7,681 nt of DNA. Source: Candidatus Heimdallarchaeota archaeon. GTDB taxonomy: Archaea; Asgardarchaeota; Heimdallarchaeia; Heimdallarchaeales; Heimdallarchaeaceae. Below, piece after piece: positions 6,191 through 7,681 of this stretch. The stretch spans positions 1-7,681 of the forward strand of contig DAOVER010000089.1 in assembly GCA_030668875.1 (NCBI GenBank). Reading direction: 5' to 3'. Each line of letters starts with the position of its first letter. Positions within the stretch are counted from its first letter, which is position 1. Under the pieces are notes generated by a model. It was not told the origin of the DNA. It did not search any database and saw nothing but the letters and a program-made list of their open reading frames with translations. Position numbers and translations under genes: made by a program.

Positions 6191-6806
6191 AAGCTACGTT
6201 TCTCTGTTTATCCTCGTCATCTCTCTTCACTTTTCCAGAAAGAAGCTCTTTGATGACGGAATCTTGCCGTCGAATTTTTCTTAAGATAAAGAAAGTTGCA
6301 ACACCAACACCTATAGCTAAAGCTCCCCCTACTCCTACAATCGTATAAATCAGCTGACGTTTAACATTAATATCTATTCTTCCTACTTCGTCGTAGTACT
6401 CAGCTAAACCAAGGTAATCAGTTATGAAAGCAGAAACATCATTTGAAGCATGGATTTCAATACGACATTCAGTTACATAGACACCCTCTAGATCAAAATT
6501 AAATGAAACAACGAAATAATTGTCTTCTGCAATAGTACCAGTACCGTCTATGGTATCAATTCCTTCTTCAGAGAAACTTATACTATAGATAACATAAGAA
6601 TCATATCTATCATAATCATCTGTTACTACTCCTGTATTGTCAATAACAAGGAAATAGTACCCTTCCTCTATGATGCAATTAGATAAACCATAGCGCCTAT
6701 CTTTAATTAACGAACCTGGAACGTAGCTAAAAGAAATAGCTTGACCAATATGAGGTGCTAATAGAAGCATTAGAAATAGACAGAACACAAGTGATTTTTT
6801 CTTCAT
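6189..6806 (-). CDS. Type I single-pass membrane protein with a small beta-rich ectodomain
   Basis: The track starts it at TTG 6821, but ATG 6806 follows GAGGT and gives a clean signal peptide MKKKSLVFCLFLMLLLAPHIGQA. Acidic/aromatic ectodomain, Gly-rich TM LIYTIVGVGGALAIGVGVATFFIL, and basic cytoplasmic tail starting RKIRR. Confidence 0.88.
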   Translation of the reverse strand: MKKKSLVFCLFLMLLLAPHIGQAISFSYVPGSLIKDRRYGLSNCIIEEGYYFLVIDNTGVVTDDYDRYDSYVIYSISFSEEGIDTIDGTGTIAEDNYFVVSFNFDLEGVYVTECRIEIHASNDVSAFITDYLGLAEYYDEVGRIDINVKRQLIYTIVGVGGALAIGVGVATFFILRKIRRQDSVIKELLSGKVKRDDEDKQRNVA

Positions 6807-6900
6807 TTCAACAAACCTCAAATTATAACAAATTTTTTGGTTATTATGACTCTGAATTAAATCTTTATCAATATTGTGTAATGAAAAGAATATTTGTCGT

Positions 6901-6930
6901 CTATCTTTTTTACTTTTAACTATCTTTTTT
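6901..6930 (+). repeat. 11-nt direct repeat CTATCTTTTTT x2
   Basis: Exact copies at 6901-6911 and 6920-6930, just upstream of the GC-rich structured island. Confidence 0.5.
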
Positions 6931-6945
6931 CTAATTAGTTTAGAT

Positions 6946-7057
6946 GGAAAAATAGGGGGAATAAACCCCCCGGGTGTGAATGAAGGTTTTGGGTTGGGGG
7001 AATTATCTTCCCCCCTGTGGAAGAGAGGTCTCTAAAAAGAGGCTTCTCTCATTTTCC
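6946..7057. ncRNA. Candidate structured non-coding RNA / cis-regulatory element of unknown family
   Basis: 50/96 G+C at 6955-7050 versus 20/100 at 6841-6940. Hairpins: GGGGG-AATAAA-CCCCC (6955-6970), GGGGGAA-TTATC-TTCCCCC (6996-7014) and AGAGAGGTCTCT-AAAA-AGAGGCTTCTCT (7022-7049; 12 bp with 2 G.U pairs on the + strand). These are closed by GGAAAA (6946-6951) / TTTTCC (7052-7057). Confidence 0.5.
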
Positions 7058-7072
7058 TATAGGAGAATTGAG

Positions 7073-7080
7073 TATTTAAA
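7073..7080 (-). promoter_or_regulatory. TATA-like box pointing into the GC-rich element
   Basis: TTTAAATA on the - strand (7080-7073), the same octamer as the 2431 box, 28 nt before the - strand ATG at 7052. No clear BRE. Confidence 0.35.
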
Positions 7081-7129
7081 GTAGGCAAGAGAGTCAACTG
7101 TGTAAGTGAAATAAATCTAGGATAGAGAC

Positions 7130-7141
7130 AATTTATAAATT
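7130..7141. promoter_or_regulatory. Palindromic TATA box upstream of 7185
   Basis: Perfect palindrome AATTTATAAATT containing TTTATAAA (7132-7139), flanked by an 8-bp inverted repeat TAAGTGAA (7103-7110) / TTCACTTA (7145-7152). Confidence 0.55.
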
Positions 7142-7184
7142 ATATTCACTTATTCTATCATGAAAATAAACCCTTGTTGATTGA

Positions 7185-7681
7185 ATGAAATATCTTAGAA
7201 TTGTATGTGTCATCCTTGTCATGTCCTCTTCCTTTCACCCTTTGTTTCATTTTGCTACAGCTAATTCTAGTAGTTTTTGGGGCGAGTATCAAGATGAATA
7301 TGAGTATGATTATTTAAAACAATCAACTATTTTTGATATATTTGATCCCGAGAAAGAAAGTAGATTGGAGACTAAGGAAGATACTTATTCTTTCTATAAC
7401 TTAACAACTAATGGATCTGATTTATTTTTTAGAACTTCAGAATGCAGGAGTCCTCTAGAGTTCATTAAATGTTACGATGAAGAGTGTTATAATTATACAA
7501 TTTACAAACAATTCGATTATGATCCCCAAACTGAAACAATTAAGTTAGGTTTTAGATATAATGAAACAACTGGATGCTACGATGTTTTAGATGGGGAGGA
7601 AAAGATTTTTGCAGATATTTACGATTATACTATGCCTTTCGATATGATTAAACTATTCTGGTCAAATTACTTCTGGCATGG
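7185..7681 (+). CDS. Secreted hypothetical protein, 3'-truncated by the window edge (>=165 aa)
   Basis: Hand translation is open to the edge: MKYLRIVCVILVMSSSFHPLFHFATA|NSSSFWGEYQDEYEYDYLKQ... It has a signal peptide with an A-x-A cleavage site, is Y/D/E/F-rich, and has 5 sequons (NSS, NLT, NGS, NYT, NET) and 4 Cys in the mature part seen. Confidence 0.88.
   Translation, partial: MKYLRIVCVILVMSSSFHPLFHFATANSSSFWGEYQDEYEYDYLKQSTIFDIFDPEKESRLETKEDTYSFYNLTTNGSDLFFRTSECRSPLEFIKCYDEECYNYTIYKQFDYDPQTETIKLGFRYNETTGCYDVLDGEEKIFADIYDYTMPFDMIKLFWSNYFWH

Noticed and set aside
6807-6821. TTG start at 6821 used by the track
   Set aside because: ATG 6806 has an upstream GAGGT and gives a canonical signal-peptide N-region.
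6946-7057. Known-class readings of the GC island (tRNA, SECIS, C/D guide, hammerhead, MITE)
   Set aside because: No T-loop, anticodon geometry or CCA; no adjacent TGA-containing selenoprotein gene; TGAATGA has no CTGA partner; no CUGANGA/GAAA core; terminal repeats are only 6 bp with no target-site duplication.

Overview
This is an AT-rich window (about 30-33% GC by eye), very likely archaeal. Evidence: BRE/TATA-like boxes 28-30 nt upstream of several ATGs (leaderless starts), hairpin-free oligo-T terminators, and surface proteins dense in N-glycosylation sequons. The protein styles suggest Asgard archaea (Heimdallarchaeia-like), but that is inference only. All six CDSs encode membrane or secreted proteins: (1) a large secreted beta-rich protein with a ~250-aa internal duplication (minus strand, runs off the left edge, absent from the ORF track); (2) a small 2-TM protein; (3) a polytopic membrane protein with C-terminal winged-helix (PCI-like) domain(s); (4) an 811-aa double beta-propeller + Ig-like + C-terminal TM protein; (5) a small type I membrane protein (minus strand); (6) a secreted protein running off the right edge (also absent from the track). 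Two non-coding signals are not explained by these genes. One is a ~112-nt GC-rich island (6946-7057) that folds into three hairpins closed by a terminal stem, a candidate unknown structured RNA. The other is a degenerate ~66-nt element duplicated at a 719-nt offset in two consecutive intergenic spacers, with collinear echoes extending into the two downstream genes. No rRNA, tRNA, CRISPR array, transposase or integrase was seen. All translations, counts and alignments were done by hand.
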